A stretch of 64,000 nt of DNA from Chryseobacterium gleum (GCA_945903645.1 CAMDOM010000001.1:118491-182490); one strand, 5' to 3'. Positions 10,038 to 19,905 are shown, counted from the first letter of the stretch. Notes: generated by a model not told the origin, from the letters alone. A program made the numbers and translations.

Positions 10038-11030
10038 ATGAATCCCATAATTCCTCTCAAAATGAAATTCCTCGCTCTCGCGCTACTCCTGTCGCTTTCA
10101 TTCCAAAAAATCTTCGCGCAAAACCCCTGCGATGAACTCGCCATAGTGTCCATTCAATACAGCCCATTCACAGATACCCTCATTATTGTGGAGGTAATCA
10201 ATGCCAGCGAAGAGCTATTCAGTTATCCAGGTTTTGTTCTCATAAATACCAATGGCGATACCTTGGCCAAAGAAGTAGTCAACTATTTTGGCATTAGCGG
10301 GCCATCGGTGCATCTTCTCACGGTGCGCCCAGGTGTGGCCAATCCACTCGATAACTTTCAGGGAACACTAGAACTCCACACTGACTTTTTCGGAAGCTTA
10401 GCCTGTTCTTGGCCAATCAACCAAGGATTGTGTGCATCCCAAACCTGTGACGATGTTGTAATTAAGTTCGAAAACTGGGGCGGTGCCCTCGTGCTTGGTG
10501 ATTTTGACTGGAGCGTGGCCGATAGTCTAGGAAACCAAGTAGCATCAGGCACACTAACCATGACTGTCGAAGAGCAGTATTGGAGCAACACCCTATGCCT
10601 CCCTCCAAACAGATACTGCTATCAGCTGCAAGCCCTAGGCGAACCATCTGGCGGAGGTCCAACCATGTTCGTGCAGTCAGGCGAATGGTTTGGCCATCAA
10701 TCCATATCGCAATACTTCAGTTGGGAAGACGGTACTACAATGCAGGTGCCCTTCTATCTGCATTGCATAGCGCAAGAGCCAAACGCCATCAGCGAAACCA
10801 CCATTCAATCGCAACCAATAATTCTCCAAAACGGGGCATCTACCACCGTCCAATCAAGCGCTCCGATTACAACGTTGCTGCTCTTTGCCACTGATGGAAA
10901 GCTAATTGAACGCTGGAGTCCGAACAGAACCGCATTCACTATTCCAACCCCACTTCCCACAGGATTGTACGTGCTTCAAGTACATACCACTTTGGGCAAT
11001 GCTGCTATGAAATTGGTGTTGGGCCAATAA
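10038..11030 (+). CDS. secreted protein with T9SS type-A C-terminal sorting domain
   Basis: Signal peptide; an alternative start is at 10062 (MKFLALALLL...). C-terminal roughly 80 aa ending GLYVLQVHTTLGNAAMKLVLGQ match the Por_Secre_tail pattern. The 3' end abuts the IS3 remnant. Confidence 0.6.
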   Translation: MNPIIPLKMKFLALALLLSLSFQKIFAQNPCDELAIVSIQYSPFTDTLIIVEVINASEELFSYPGFVLINTNGDTLAKEVVNYFGISGPSVHLLTVRPGVANPLDNFQGTLELHTDFFGSLACSWPINQGLCASQTCDDVVIKFENWGGALVLGDFDWSVADSLGNQVASGTLTMTVEEQYWSNTLCLPPNRYCYQLQALGEPSGGGPTMFVQSGEWFGHQSISQYFSWEDGTTMQVPFYLHCIAQEPNAISETTIQSQPIILQNGASTTVQSSAPITTLLLFATDGKLIERWSPNRTAFTIPTPLPTGLYVLQVHTTLGNAAMKLVLGQ

Positions 11031-11040
11031 CTTTATTCAG

Positions 11041-11229
11041 CTTCGTCCAACTTTTGCGCTTCATCGGCAATTATCTGATTGTGGGCCTTGGCCATTTCCT
11101 TTATCTCTGCACCCGATAGCAATTCTGCGTTTATCACCGCGTTGTGGGCATGGAGCAAAGCCAAGTATAGTAGCTACTTCTACTCATCTTCAATGTTTTA
11201 CACATCTTCTCAATGGAATACTTTTTCAT
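11041..11229 (-). pseudogene. truncated IS3 transposase OrfB fragment
   Basis: ATG at 11227-11229 on the reverse strand, then MKKYSIEKMCKTLKMSRSSYYTWLCSMPTTR followed by a stop. The reading frame continues after a frameshift for about 40 codons (…LLSGAEIKEMAKAHNQII…) and ends at 11041. The DDE catalytic domain is absent. Confidence 0.55.
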
Positions 11230-11237
11230 ATTTTCTC

Positions 11238-11546
11238 TTATGAATTGGTATGCCTTCCATCGCTCTTGGAGAAGATGCCGACCGCCTTTTTTAAGATATC
11301 GCGCTCTATACGAACATCATTAAGCTCCTTTTTCAAACGGGCAATCTCACGCTCGTGCTCGGTCATTTTCTTCTTCCCGTTGCCAGGAAAACTGCCTTTA
11401 TCCAAGATGGCAAACTCTGTGCGCCAGCGATAAAGTATTTTAGGCACAATCCCAAGCTCTTGCGCCAGTTGGCGAATATTATCGCGTTGGTAACTCATCT
11501 CCACTGCTTTCAATTTAAAAGCACGGTCAAAAATCCTTCTTGTCAT
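11238..11546 (-). CDS. IS3-family transposase OrfA (InsN/InsE-like)
   Basis: MTRRIFDRAFKLKAVEMSYQRDNIRQLAQELGIVPKILYRWRTEF..., an HTH followed by a leucine-zipper-like C-terminus. Size is 102 aa. Confidence 0.8.
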   Translation of the reverse strand: MTRRIFDRAFKLKAVEMSYQRDNIRQLAQELGIVPKILYRWRTEFAILDKGSFPGNGKKKMTEHEREIARLKKELNDVRIERDILKKAVGIFSKSDGRHTNS

Positions 11547-11957
11547 GGTTTTTAAGGTTGTGAATCTTTACAGTCTATCCCTTAACTGACTGTCCTGTCA
11601 AATGTAGCAGGTCCAAGTAGCAGGAAGGCCACTTTGAATAAAAGTGTGCCAAAGGTATAAGTTAATGATACACCGTCCATTTTAATTCAATTAGTTAAAT
11701 GTGTCCATGCAGTATAACTAAAAAGAGTTAGAAGAATTGGTTGTTATTTAAACAAAACTCAGTGGTAAGGGAAATTTGAGTTGGCTTAAGGTTTGAAAGC
11801 CTCATTCAAGTTTTGCGCCACCCAGCGAAAGCCCTTCACCATCACAATCGTCCTGCTACCTGCGCCTTTCGTAAGCCTATGTTTTGCCCTCCAGTTACCA
11901 GCAATTTTTTAACATAAAACGGGTTTCGCCCATCCAAATTCGTTTTATTTTTACCCC

Positions 11958-12758
11958 ATGGCATCTCTCGCTCTCATTTGGCTCAAAGTATTTCTATTCA
12001 CAGCCTTCCGCTACCTCGTTTTTGCATCCGTAGCCTTTTTCCCAGTCCGTTGGATGAAAGAAAAACTAGCTTGGCGAAAAAATCAAGAGCGTTTCCCCAA
12101 ACCCGAAGACTACAAGCGCGAAGTGGGCTACTCATTTGGCACCTTCATCATTTTTGGGATTACAGGCGTAGTCATTCACACGATTAAGGATTATACCCTC
12201 ATCTACCGCGAATTCAGCGACTATCCAATGTGGTGGTTTTTTCTCAGCATCCCCGTAGCATTGGTTATCCACGATGCTTATTTCTACTGGACCCATCGCA
12301 TTATGCATCATCCAACATTGTTTAAAACCATGCATTTGGTGCATCACAAAAGCACAAATCCAACGCCTTGGGCCTCCTTCGCCTTTCATCCCTTAGAGTC
12401 AGTGGTAGAAAGCAGCATCATCTTCGTTTTGATATTTGCTATACCCATGCATCCGCTGGCCATTTTGGCTTTTCTTCTAATAATGACAGCCGAAAACGTA
12501 ATGGGCCACCTTGGCTACGAGTTTTATCCCCGTTGGCTCACTAAAAGTTTCGCAGGCAAATGGCTCAATACAAGCACTAACCATAACATGCACCATCGCT
12601 ACTTCGAAGGAAACTATGCGCTCTATTTTAGATGGTGGGATGTATGGATGGGAACCACCCATGCCAAGTACGAAGCCACCCTATTGGAAATACAAGCCCG
12701 TAAACCCGCGCCCCAAGCATCTCCCGAAGCCACCATGTCAGGTTCGGTCCAGGCATAG
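11958..12758 (+). CDS. sterol desaturase / fatty-acid hydroxylase superfamily membrane protein
   Basis: His boxes HRIMHH, HLVHHKS and HNMHHRY in the spacing of the sterol desaturase/FA hydroxylase family. Multiple TM helices. Confidence 0.8.
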   Translation: MASLALIWLKVFLFTAFRYLVFASVAFFPVRWMKEKLAWRKNQERFPKPEDYKREVGYSFGTFIIFGITGVVIHTIKDYTLIYREFSDYPMWWFFLSIPVALVIHDAYFYWTHRIMHHPTLFKTMHLVHHKSTNPTPWASFAFHPLESVVESSIIFVLIFAIPMHPLAILAFLLIMTAENVMGHLGYEFYPRWLTKSFAGKWLNTSTNHNMHHRYFEGNYALYFRWWDVWMGTTHAKYEATLLEIQARKPAPQASPEATMSGSVQA

Positions 12759-12870
12759 GTCACGCAATTAGTTCCGTTTTTCTTCTCTTCCCGACACTTC
12801 TCCATGCACTGCTTTAGGCATGTTTATCTAATTTCGGTGCACTGTTTATATCACCACAAACCCACTAAAA

Positions 12871-13977
12871 ATGCAGACCGACAGGGTCAAATTTCCCCGC
12901 GATAAGGATGTAGAGTTCACCAAAACGCTCAATGCGCGGGTGAACGCCTACTTTAAGGACAATGGCATTTCCAAACATGCCAATGCCACCATGGTCATTA
13001 AAACGTTGGTAATACTGGCTGCCCATCTCATTCCTCTTGGGTTGATGCTTTTTGGTTTCACCACCACTCCAATAGGCGTATTATTTTCTTACACCATTAT
13101 GGGATTTGCAATTGCAGGCATTGGCATGGCAGTGATGCACGATGCCAACCATGGCGCCTATTCCACCAATCAATCCGTGAACGATTATGTTGGATACCTT
13201 ATCAATCTTGTAGGTGGCAGTGCCGAAAACTGGAAAGTGCAACACAACATTCTGCATCACACCTACACCAATATTGAAGGTTTAGATGCCGACATCACTA
13301 CCTTTCCCATGCTGCGCTTTTCGCCCTTTGCCAAGCGCAGAGCGGTGCATCGCTTCCAACACATTTATGCGTGGTTCTTTTATGGACTAATGACGGTTAG
13401 TTGGGTCTTTATGAAAGACTTTAAGCAATTGGTAGATTATCACTACAGTGGCATGACAAAGAGCTACACCAAGGGTTTCGGGGTGGTTATTGCTCGTGTG
13501 TTATTGCTCAAGGCTGTGTATTTCACCATTACCCTTGCGCTTCCCATTATTTTGTTGCCAGTGGCATGGTATGTTACCGTAGCTGGGTTTTTTTTCATGC
13601 ATTTTATTGGTGGTGTTATTCTCGGCATGGTTTTCCAAGCTGCCCACATTATGGAAGTTTGCGATTATCCATTGCCTGATAACAATGGCAAAATGAATGA
13701 TAGCTGGATAGTACATCAACTGCGCACTACCACTAACTTTGCTCCCCACAATCAAGTGCTCAATTGGTATGTCGGTGGGCTCAACTATCAAGTAGAACAT
13801 CACCTTTTTCCGCGCATTTGCCATGTGCATTATCCCAATATCGCTCCGATAGTTCAAAGTACCTGCCGCCAGTATGGAATACCGTATCAAAGCATTCCCA
13901 CTTTCGTTGGCGCGGTGCTGGGTCATGGTTCCATGTTGCGCGCTTTGGGTAGAAAAGAGCAGATGGCTGTGGCCTGA
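12871..13977 (+). CDS. membrane fatty-acid desaturase, front-end/Delta6-like family (paralog of 5554..6666)
   Basis: HDANHGAYS, HNILHHTYTN and QVEHHLFP. Clearly collinear with the 5554..6666 protein along its full length (same N-terminus ...TLNARVNAYFK vs ...TLRDRVAEYFK). Confidence 0.85.
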   Translation: MQTDRVKFPRDKDVEFTKTLNARVNAYFKDNGISKHANATMVIKTLVILAAHLIPLGLMLFGFTTTPIGVLFSYTIMGFAIAGIGMAVMHDANHGAYSTNQSVNDYVGYLINLVGGSAENWKVQHNILHHTYTNIEGLDADITTFPMLRFSPFAKRRAVHRFQHIYAWFFYGLMTVSWVFMKDFKQLVDYHYSGMTKSYTKGFGVVIARVLLLKAVYFTITLALPIILLPVAWYVTVAGFFFMHFIGGVILGMVFQAAHIMEVCDYPLPDNNGKMNDSWIVHQLRTTTNFAPHNQVLNWYVGGLNYQVEHHLFPRICHVHYPNIAPIVQSTCRQYGIPYQSIPTFVGAVLGHGSMLRALGRKEQMAVA

Positions 13978-14007
13978 ACATTCAGCATAATCTGCTGTTA
14001 GTTCAGA

Positions 14008-14685
14008 ATGAAAAACGTAATTATTATTGGCGCCACCTCTGGAATAGGCAAGGCAAGCGCACAACTATTAAGTAATCAAGGTTGGAATGTGTTATCTTTT
14101 TCGCGCTCCGCAGACGCTAGTGGAGGCTCTGTTTGGGATAGCACTACTGATGTTCCAGATTTTACACATCTACCAGACGAGATTCATGCCTTAGTTTACT
14201 GTCCCGGCACTATAAACCTTAAGCCTTTCAAACGACTAACCACTCAGGACTTCCTCCACGATTTTCAGGTGAATGTGTTGGGCGCTGTAAAAATCATCCA
14301 AGCACTCGAAACGCATCTCAAAGCAGGTTATGCTTCCGTAGTATTATTTAGCACTGTGGCTGTGGTCCAAGGTATGCCGTTTCATGCTTCCGTGGCGGCC
14401 GCCAAAGGTGCTGTAGAAGGCCTTAGCCGTAGTTTGGCAGCAGAATATGCGCCAAAAATCCGGTTCAATTGCATTGCTCCATCCCTCACAGATACCCCAT
14501 TAGCCGAAAAACTGCTGAATACCGATGCAAAGCGCGAAGCATCTGCCCTACGCCATCCTTCAAAGACAATAGGAAGAGCAGAAGATGTGGCCGCTATGGT
14601 TGCTTTCCTTGTGTCGGACAATGCAGGGTTCATTACAGGCCAAACCATTGGAATGGATGGTGGTATGAGCACCGTTCGCGTTTAA
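14008..14685 (+). CDS. SDR-family short-chain dehydrogenase/reductase
   Basis: Rossmann motif IIGATSGIGKA (TGxxxGxG), an NAG-like block, and a catalytic region consistent with classical SDR. Size is 225 aa. Confidence 0.8.
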   Translation: MKNVIIIGATSGIGKASAQLLSNQGWNVLSFSRSADASGGSVWDSTTDVPDFTHLPDEIHALVYCPGTINLKPFKRLTTQDFLHDFQVNVLGAVKIIQALETHLKAGYASVVLFSTVAVVQGMPFHASVAAAKGAVEGLSRSLAAEYAPKIRFNCIAPSLTDTPLAEKLLNTDAKREASALRHPSKTIGRAEDVAAMVAFLVSDNAGFITGQTIGMDGGMSTVRV

Positions 14686-14712
14686 TTTGAGTTTCTTAGC
14701 CTAACCCCAACT

Positions 14713-16026
14713 GTGAACAGCAACAAACAAGAAATTGCCCTCTTTTGGTTTCGTAGAGACCTTCGTGTGAATGACAACGCAGCTTTATATCACGCACTTC
14801 GTTCTGGCTTGCCTGTTGTTCCAATCTTCATTTTTGACCAAGACATTTTAAATCGATTGGAGGACAAGCGAGATGCGCGCGTTCAATTTATACATCAAGC
14901 AATTGTTAAGCTAAAAGGCGATATCGAAGCTGCTGGTTCAACCCTTATTGTGCGGCACGGAAAGCCTTTTGATGTAATCAGCAACTTCCTTAATGAGTAC
15001 AACGTTCGGGAGGTGTACACCAATCACGACTACGAACCTTACGCCAAGCAGCGCGATGCTGCTATTGCAACCTTTCTTGCTCAAAAGAATAGTGCCTTTC
15101 ACACGTTTAAGGACCAATGTATTTTTGAAAAAGACGAAGTGCTAAAGGATGATGGGTTGCCATACACCGTTTTCACTCCTTACAGCAGAAAATGGAAAGC
15201 TAAACTCAATCCATTTTATTTAAAACCGTATCCCAATCACAAGTATTTGGATGGATTTGCCAAAATGCCGCATGCACCGTTGCTTTCTCTTGCTGCGCTA
15301 GGGTTTTTAGATTCCAGCATTCAATCGCCTTCCATGGAAGTAGGGGAGGAGGTCATTAAAAAGTATCATCTCACCCGCGACATTCCTTCAATTGCGGGAA
15401 CTTCTCGTCTAAGTGTTCATCTTCGTTTTGGAACAATAAGCATCCGTGCTTTAGCAAGTAAAGCTCAGCAGCTCAACGAAACGTATCTGAATGAGCTTAT
15501 TTGGAGAGATTTCTATATGATGATTCTATGGCATTTTCCGCATGTCGCTACATCTGCATTCAGACCTCAGTATGAGCGCATACAGTGGGAAACCAATACC
15601 AAGCATTTTGAGGCATGGTGTCACGGTCAAACTGGTTATCCCATTGTGGATGCAGGTATGCGCGAGTTAAATGCTACGGGCTTCATGCACAACCGTGTGC
15701 GTATGGTGGTGGCCAGTTTTCTCACCAAACACCTATTGCTTGATTGGCGGTGGGGGGAGGCATACTTCGCTTCTAAACTAATCGATTTTGATTTGAGTGC
15801 TAACAATGGCGGTTGGCAATGGGCTGCAGGTACAGGTTGCGATGCTGCGCCATATTTTCGTGTGTTTAGTCCCGATGCTCAAACCTTGAAGTTCGACCCG
15901 CAATTGAAGTACATCCGAAAGTGGGTTCCAGAGTTTCAGGAGCTTACATACACTCGCCCTATAGTTGACCATAAGTGGGCCAGAGAACGTGCACTTATCC
16001 GATACAAAGAAGGATTATCCAAATGA
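14713..16026 (+). CDS. deoxyribodipyrimidine photolyase / cryptochrome-family protein (GTG start)
   Basis: N-terminal FWFRRDLRVNDNAAL. FAD-binding domain TGYPIVDAGMRELNATGFMHNRVRMVVASFL...WGEAYF...NNGGWQWAAGTG. Size is 437 aa. Confidence 0.85.
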   Translation: MNSNKQEIALFWFRRDLRVNDNAALYHALRSGLPVVPIFIFDQDILNRLEDKRDARVQFIHQAIVKLKGDIEAAGSTLIVRHGKPFDVISNFLNEYNVREVYTNHDYEPYAKQRDAAIATFLAQKNSAFHTFKDQCIFEKDEVLKDDGLPYTVFTPYSRKWKAKLNPFYLKPYPNHKYLDGFAKMPHAPLLSLAALGFLDSSIQSPSMEVGEEVIKKYHLTRDIPSIAGTSRLSVHLRFGTISIRALASKAQQLNETYLNELIWRDFYMMILWHFPHVATSAFRPQYERIQWETNTKHFEAWCHGQTGYPIVDAGMRELNATGFMHNRVRMVVASFLTKHLLLDWRWGEAYFASKLIDFDLSANNGGWQWAAGTGCDAAPYFRVFSPDAQTLKFDPQLKYIRKWVPEFQELTYTRPIVDHKWARERALIRYKEGLSK

Positions 16027-16099
16027 TATAGTGGTGTAGACCAAGAAGGCCCATCATAAAACATGCTAGGCCCTCTTGTTTATACAATAAACTGAAGAC

Positions 16100-17893
16100 T
16101 TATTTATTTTTCTTCAAACTGTTTTCAATGTCTAATGCATCTTCAATCTCAATCACAGCGTTATTGAAACGTGCGGTAATTGCAGATTCTTTCACACCCA
16201 TGTTTTGAACTTCTCTTTGCAATTTCTCCGCCTCGTCTTTAGAAGAGAACGAACCAATGGTATACACTTTTACGCCACCTGTGGTCAATTTCATTTCTAC
16301 ACCATACTGACCAATTAGCTTAGACAACTTGTTAAGTTCAATACGCAAACGGTACTCCCTCAATTCAACACAGTAGGTAACCTCATCTTTATCCTCAAAT
16401 CCTTCAATAACCGGGCGTTCGTAGAACGTTTCACCCGGAGTTCCAAGAGCATTTAAGTCTTCAGCTACTTTGTTTACTGATTTTTCAGATACACCAAAAG
16501 CTTCTGCTAAACCTTCTTCGCGTAATTGATTTTGTTTTTTCTCCGCTTCAGAGAAATCGCTGTATGTACCAACGGTGAACACTGAAGTAGAATCATTGAT
16601 TTTACGTTCCACCAAACCAGGCATTTGGCTCAACTTCATTTTCAATTGAGTTGGGATGTCCTGATTTGTGAATGTTCCCAAGTGAACGGTGTAGTTAGGG
16701 TTCTTAACTTTTTGTGAATACAAGAAATCGCCAGAAACTTCGGTGCGTTTGAGAGAAACGGAATCTTTGCCAAATGATTTATAAATGTCTTGATAGCTTA
16801 ATGAAACCCCATCCGGATTAACTAAAGCACCTGGAGGGGTGTTCAATTGCTTGTCTTTAAAGTCAGCAATACCGTCATAGTCAAGGTCAAATGGACATCC
16901 CTTAGAATCTACTGGAATGCCAAGTGGAGTAGCAGAACATTGGTCCAAGAAATCGACAATACCATCGCTATCAGAGTCTTTATTTTCAAGTTCTGAAAAA
17001 TTTGAATAGTTTGCATTTTCCAAATCCAATTTTGGAGCTTTCTTTTTAAATGGGTCGAAACGATAGTACATAGAGAGACTGGTTATTAAAAAACCATCAC
17101 TCATTCCGCCTTCCGAAACATTGTCAATTAAATCTGTGGTTGTAAAGTAGTATGTTGCGCCTAGACGAATGGCCACCTTGCGCGAAGCATTAAAATCAAA
17201 ACCTAATCCTACTGGAAATGCAACTGTCGTAACAGGGGATTTACTCAGTTTCGTTTCATAATCATAATCGCGATAAATAACTTTCTTATCAGACGATTCT
17301 GAGGCTTCGCTCACATCGTAAATCAGTCCGTTGTTCCAATAATTATAAGTGCTTCCATTAGCATCTACCAAATCAGTATAAACATTATAATCAGTATAAC
17401 TGGCCCCCACGGAAATATATGGAGTCATTCCAACTGGGCTTCGCAACACATTATGAAAGTTGTAGGTTAAACTGAAACCAACGCCAAACATTTGAGCTTC
17501 AAAATTGCGATGGGTTCCGAAGTTGTTTTCGTTACCATTTAATGAGCCATACAAACCATCAATATTCAGTTCCAAATAGTTGGTAACGCTTGCACCTGCA
17601 CCAAAACCAAAGGCTGGTCGATTTCCAATGGTATGTACTGTAACGTTATCCTGATCTACAACCTCACCAAAGAATCGCACAATTCCAATGCCGCCATGCA
17701 CGTTGGCCATAAATCTATAAGGTTCTTTTTCTCTTGGAATTCTTACACTTTTCTCTTTGGTTGGTTTTTCTTCTTTCGTAGGTTCAGCAACAACATCTGA
17801 GGTGGTTTCTGTTGGAGTTTCAGAAGAAACCTGTCCAAATGCATTTAAATTGACATATAAAATGATAAGAAATAGCAGGGAAAAGTACTTCAT
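16100..17893 (-). CDS. outer-membrane beta-barrel protein with TSP type-3 Ca-binding repeat and two C-terminal SPOR-like domains (array member 1)
   Basis: Signal peptide. Gly/aromatic-rich beta-strand N-domain sharing ...YNYWNNG...RDYDYETKL... with the paralogs. TSP3 motif DSDSDGIVDFLDQCSATPLGIPVDSKGCPFDLDYDGIADFKD. C-terminal repeats YTVHLGTFTNQD...VFTVGTYSDFSEAEKKQNQL and YCVELREYRLRIE...VYTIGSFSSKDEAEKLQREV match the SPOR pattern Y-x-V-Q-x-G-x-F. Confidence 0.6.
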   Translation of the reverse strand: MKYFSLLFLIILYVNLNAFGQVSSETPTETTSDVVAEPTKEEKPTKEKSVRIPREKEPYRFMANVHGGIGIVRFFGEVVDQDNVTVHTIGNRPAFGFGAGASVTNYLELNIDGLYGSLNGNENNFGTHRNFEAQMFGVGFSLTYNFHNVLRSPVGMTPYISVGASYTDYNVYTDLVDANGSTYNYWNNGLIYDVSEASESSDKKVIYRDYDYETKLSKSPVTTVAFPVGLGFDFNASRKVAIRLGATYYFTTTDLIDNVSEGGMSDGFLITSLSMYYRFDPFKKKAPKLDLENANYSNFSELENKDSDSDGIVDFLDQCSATPLGIPVDSKGCPFDLDYDGIADFKDKQLNTPPGALVNPDGVSLSYQDIYKSFGKDSVSLKRTEVSGDFLYSQKVKNPNYTVHLGTFTNQDIPTQLKMKLSQMPGLVERKINDSTSVFTVGTYSDFSEAEKKQNQLREEGLAEAFGVSEKSVNKVAEDLNALGTPGETFYERPVIEGFEDKDEVTYCVELREYRLRIELNKLSKLIGQYGVEMKLTTGGVKVYTIGSFSSKDEAEKLQREVQNMGVKESAITARFNNAVIEIEDALDIENSLKKNK

Positions 17894-17931
17894 AATTTAA
17901 AAGGTTAGTTTTCTAAAATACGTCAAGTAGT

Positions 17932-19905
17932 TTAATCCTCGAAGAATAGGTCTATGAGATCATTAATGTCGCTTGTGGTATATTTTGATTTACCCGATTT
18001 GAATTCTGCAATGGCTCGGTTTACCTCATCAGGGGTTAGTTTTCCGTCTCCGCTATAATCAACCGATTGGAATTTTTTAACCAAGAATCGTTCATTGTCA
18101 GTAAGACCATCATCTTTATAGTTTTCCAGAATATTAAGTTTACCTTTTATGTAAACTGCCGAAGTACCTCCAAAGTCAACCACACGAGCATCCTCCATAT
18201 TTTCTTTGTAGAAATCTATCAAACCATAGACTTGACCTGCACTGAGGTTTGAATTCCCATCAACTGATTCTTCAATAGAGCGCAATACTTCATCTGCAGT
18301 AAGTAATCCATCATCATTAAAATCTACTGACTTGTAAACTGCTGGAATCAAATCACCAGTGTTTGAATTACGGCTAATGTTCAACTCTGTTTTCGAATCA
18401 ATCCTGCCATCATCTACCATTTTGCCATAAACCCGGTACGCTGCGTTGTACACTTCATCCACATTGGAAGCTTCTTTAGCAGTGCCTTTGAAAATTTCTT
18501 TCGCAATTTCGTCCATAAGAATGCTGGTTTCGGTAACCTTATTGGCATTCTGAGCAATGGAATTCATCATTTCTGATAATCGAGCTGCGTCAGTTTTATT
18601 AGGGGCAGTTGTCGAATTTTCATTGAGGTTTGACGTATTTTCTTTAACTGCACTTTCAGTTTTCGAGCTGGCAACCTCGGGTGCTGCAGTTAATTGGGAA
18701 TTTGCTTTTGATTGAGCAAAAGCTTTGGGTTGAATTTCGAGAATACCGCTTGGGTAGATACTATTCATTTTGGCCCTATTCGTTCCCACAGAATCCGAAT
18801 AGCTCTGTAACATCATTTCATCTGTAAGCCCAACTCCTTCAAGATTGGCAATCTTGTCAACACTTGTAAACTCTTCTTTGTCTCTAAAGTCTTCTACTAT
18901 ATCACGATCCGTGTCTACAGGGCAACCATTCTCATCCACAACTGCTCCTTCTGGAGTTTTTGCACACATATCATCAAAGTCATTTACGCCATCTGCGTCC
19001 GCATCTGCAAGAGAAAGTGCATAAAAGTCAAACTCCTCAAAGTAATTGGACTTCTCAGTTTTAGTATAACCACTTTTAACTCCAATGCTATACGCCACAG
19101 AAAGTGAAGTGTATAGGAACATATCGTTTGCTTTATTGCCTTGACGTGCTCCATTTCCTCTCCACGTAAAGTCGTCAATCAAATCAGTAAAGGTGTAATA
19201 GAATGAAGAACTTAATCGACCACTCATTTTTCTACCCATTTTGAAATCTAGACCTAGACTAACTGGAATCGAAAAAGTGAATAAATCATATTTTCCTAAG
19301 CCATCATTGTCCTGTTTTCTCAAATCTGTTTCGAAAGTGTAATCGCGTTGTAATGAAACCGCTTGATTAGCCATTTCACTATCCTCTGCAACATTCATAA
19401 TTGATCCGTCAGACCAATAATGGTACTCATTTCCATTAGCATCCTTCAAATCTGTTTTACTGTCAAAATGAATAAATGCAACTCCCACAGAGATGAATGG
19501 CTGAACAATTCCAGGCTTTTTGTAAAGGTGATTGAAGTTGTACGTTACCCCAACTCCGCCAATAAAAAGTTCTGATTTGAAGTTTAAGTTTCGGGTTGTC
19601 GTACGTTCGTTGACTGTAATATCACCGTAGATGATATTTAAATCGATGTCAAAATAGCGTGAGATATTTGCAGACGAACGCCCTTCAAATCCCCAACTGC
19701 TTGTGAACGGATGGTTAAGATTGTTGTCTTTTACGTCTCCGAGGTAAGTGAAGAAACCTGCTCCAACTCCAATTCGCGGAGCTAGAAGGGCGTCTTTACC
19801 GCGATTGTCGAGATAGTATATGGAGTCGCTCTGCGCAAAAGTGCTTACAGCACATGATATTACGAGAGAAAATGGAAGTAAAATTCTTATCATAGGGTAT
19901 TGCAA
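17932..19905 (-). CDS. outer-membrane beta-barrel / TSP3-repeat / C-terminal EF-hand protein (array member 2)
   Basis: Signal peptide. N-domain motifs ANGNEYHYWSDGSI...LQRDYTFETDLRK. TSP3 DADADGVNDFDDMCAKTPEGAVVDENGCPVDTDRD. Canonical EF-hand loops DFNDDGLLTADE and DYSGDGKLTPDE. The C-terminus is DLIDLFFED. Confidence 0.6.
   Translation of the reverse strand: MQYPMIRILLPFSLVISCAVSTFAQSDSIYYLDNRGKDALLAPRIGVGAGFFTYLGDVKDNNLNHPFTSSWGFEGRSSANISRYFDIDLNIIYGDITVNERTTTRNLNFKSELFIGGVGVTYNFNHLYKKPGIVQPFISVGVAFIHFDSKTDLKDANGNEYHYWSDGSIMNVAEDSEMANQAVSLQRDYTFETDLRKQDNDGLGKYDLFTFSIPVSLGLDFKMGRKMSGRLSSSFYYTFTDLIDDFTWRGNGARQGNKANDMFLYTSLSVAYSIGVKSGYTKTEKSNYFEEFDFYALSLADADADGVNDFDDMCAKTPEGAVVDENGCPVDTDRDIVEDFRDKEEFTSVDKIANLEGVGLTDEMMLQSYSDSVGTNRAKMNSIYPSGILEIQPKAFAQSKANSQLTAAPEVASSKTESAVKENTSNLNENSTTAPNKTDAARLSEMMNSIAQNANKVTETSILMDEIAKEIFKGTAKEASNVDEVYNAAYRVYGKMVDDGRIDSKTELNISRNSNTGDLIPAVYKSVDFNDDGLLTADEVLRSIEESVDGNSNLSAGQVYGLIDFYKENMEDARVVDFGGTSAVYIKGKLNILENYKDDGLTDNERFLVKKFQSVDYSGDGKLTPDEVNRAIAEFKSGKSKYTTSDINDLIDLFFED

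Larger units (their letters stand above)
11041..11620 (-). mobile_element. IS3-family insertion sequence remnant (orfA intact, orfB truncated and frameshifted, ends not defined)
   Basis: orfA (11238..11546) is an HTH/leucine-zipper transposase N-terminus. Directly after it on the same strand comes the orfB N-terminal motif MKKYSIEKMCKTLKMSRSSYYTWL, the IS3 OrfB HTH_21 signature. It then breaks by stop and frameshift, and only about 75 codons remain. Confidence 0.65.
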
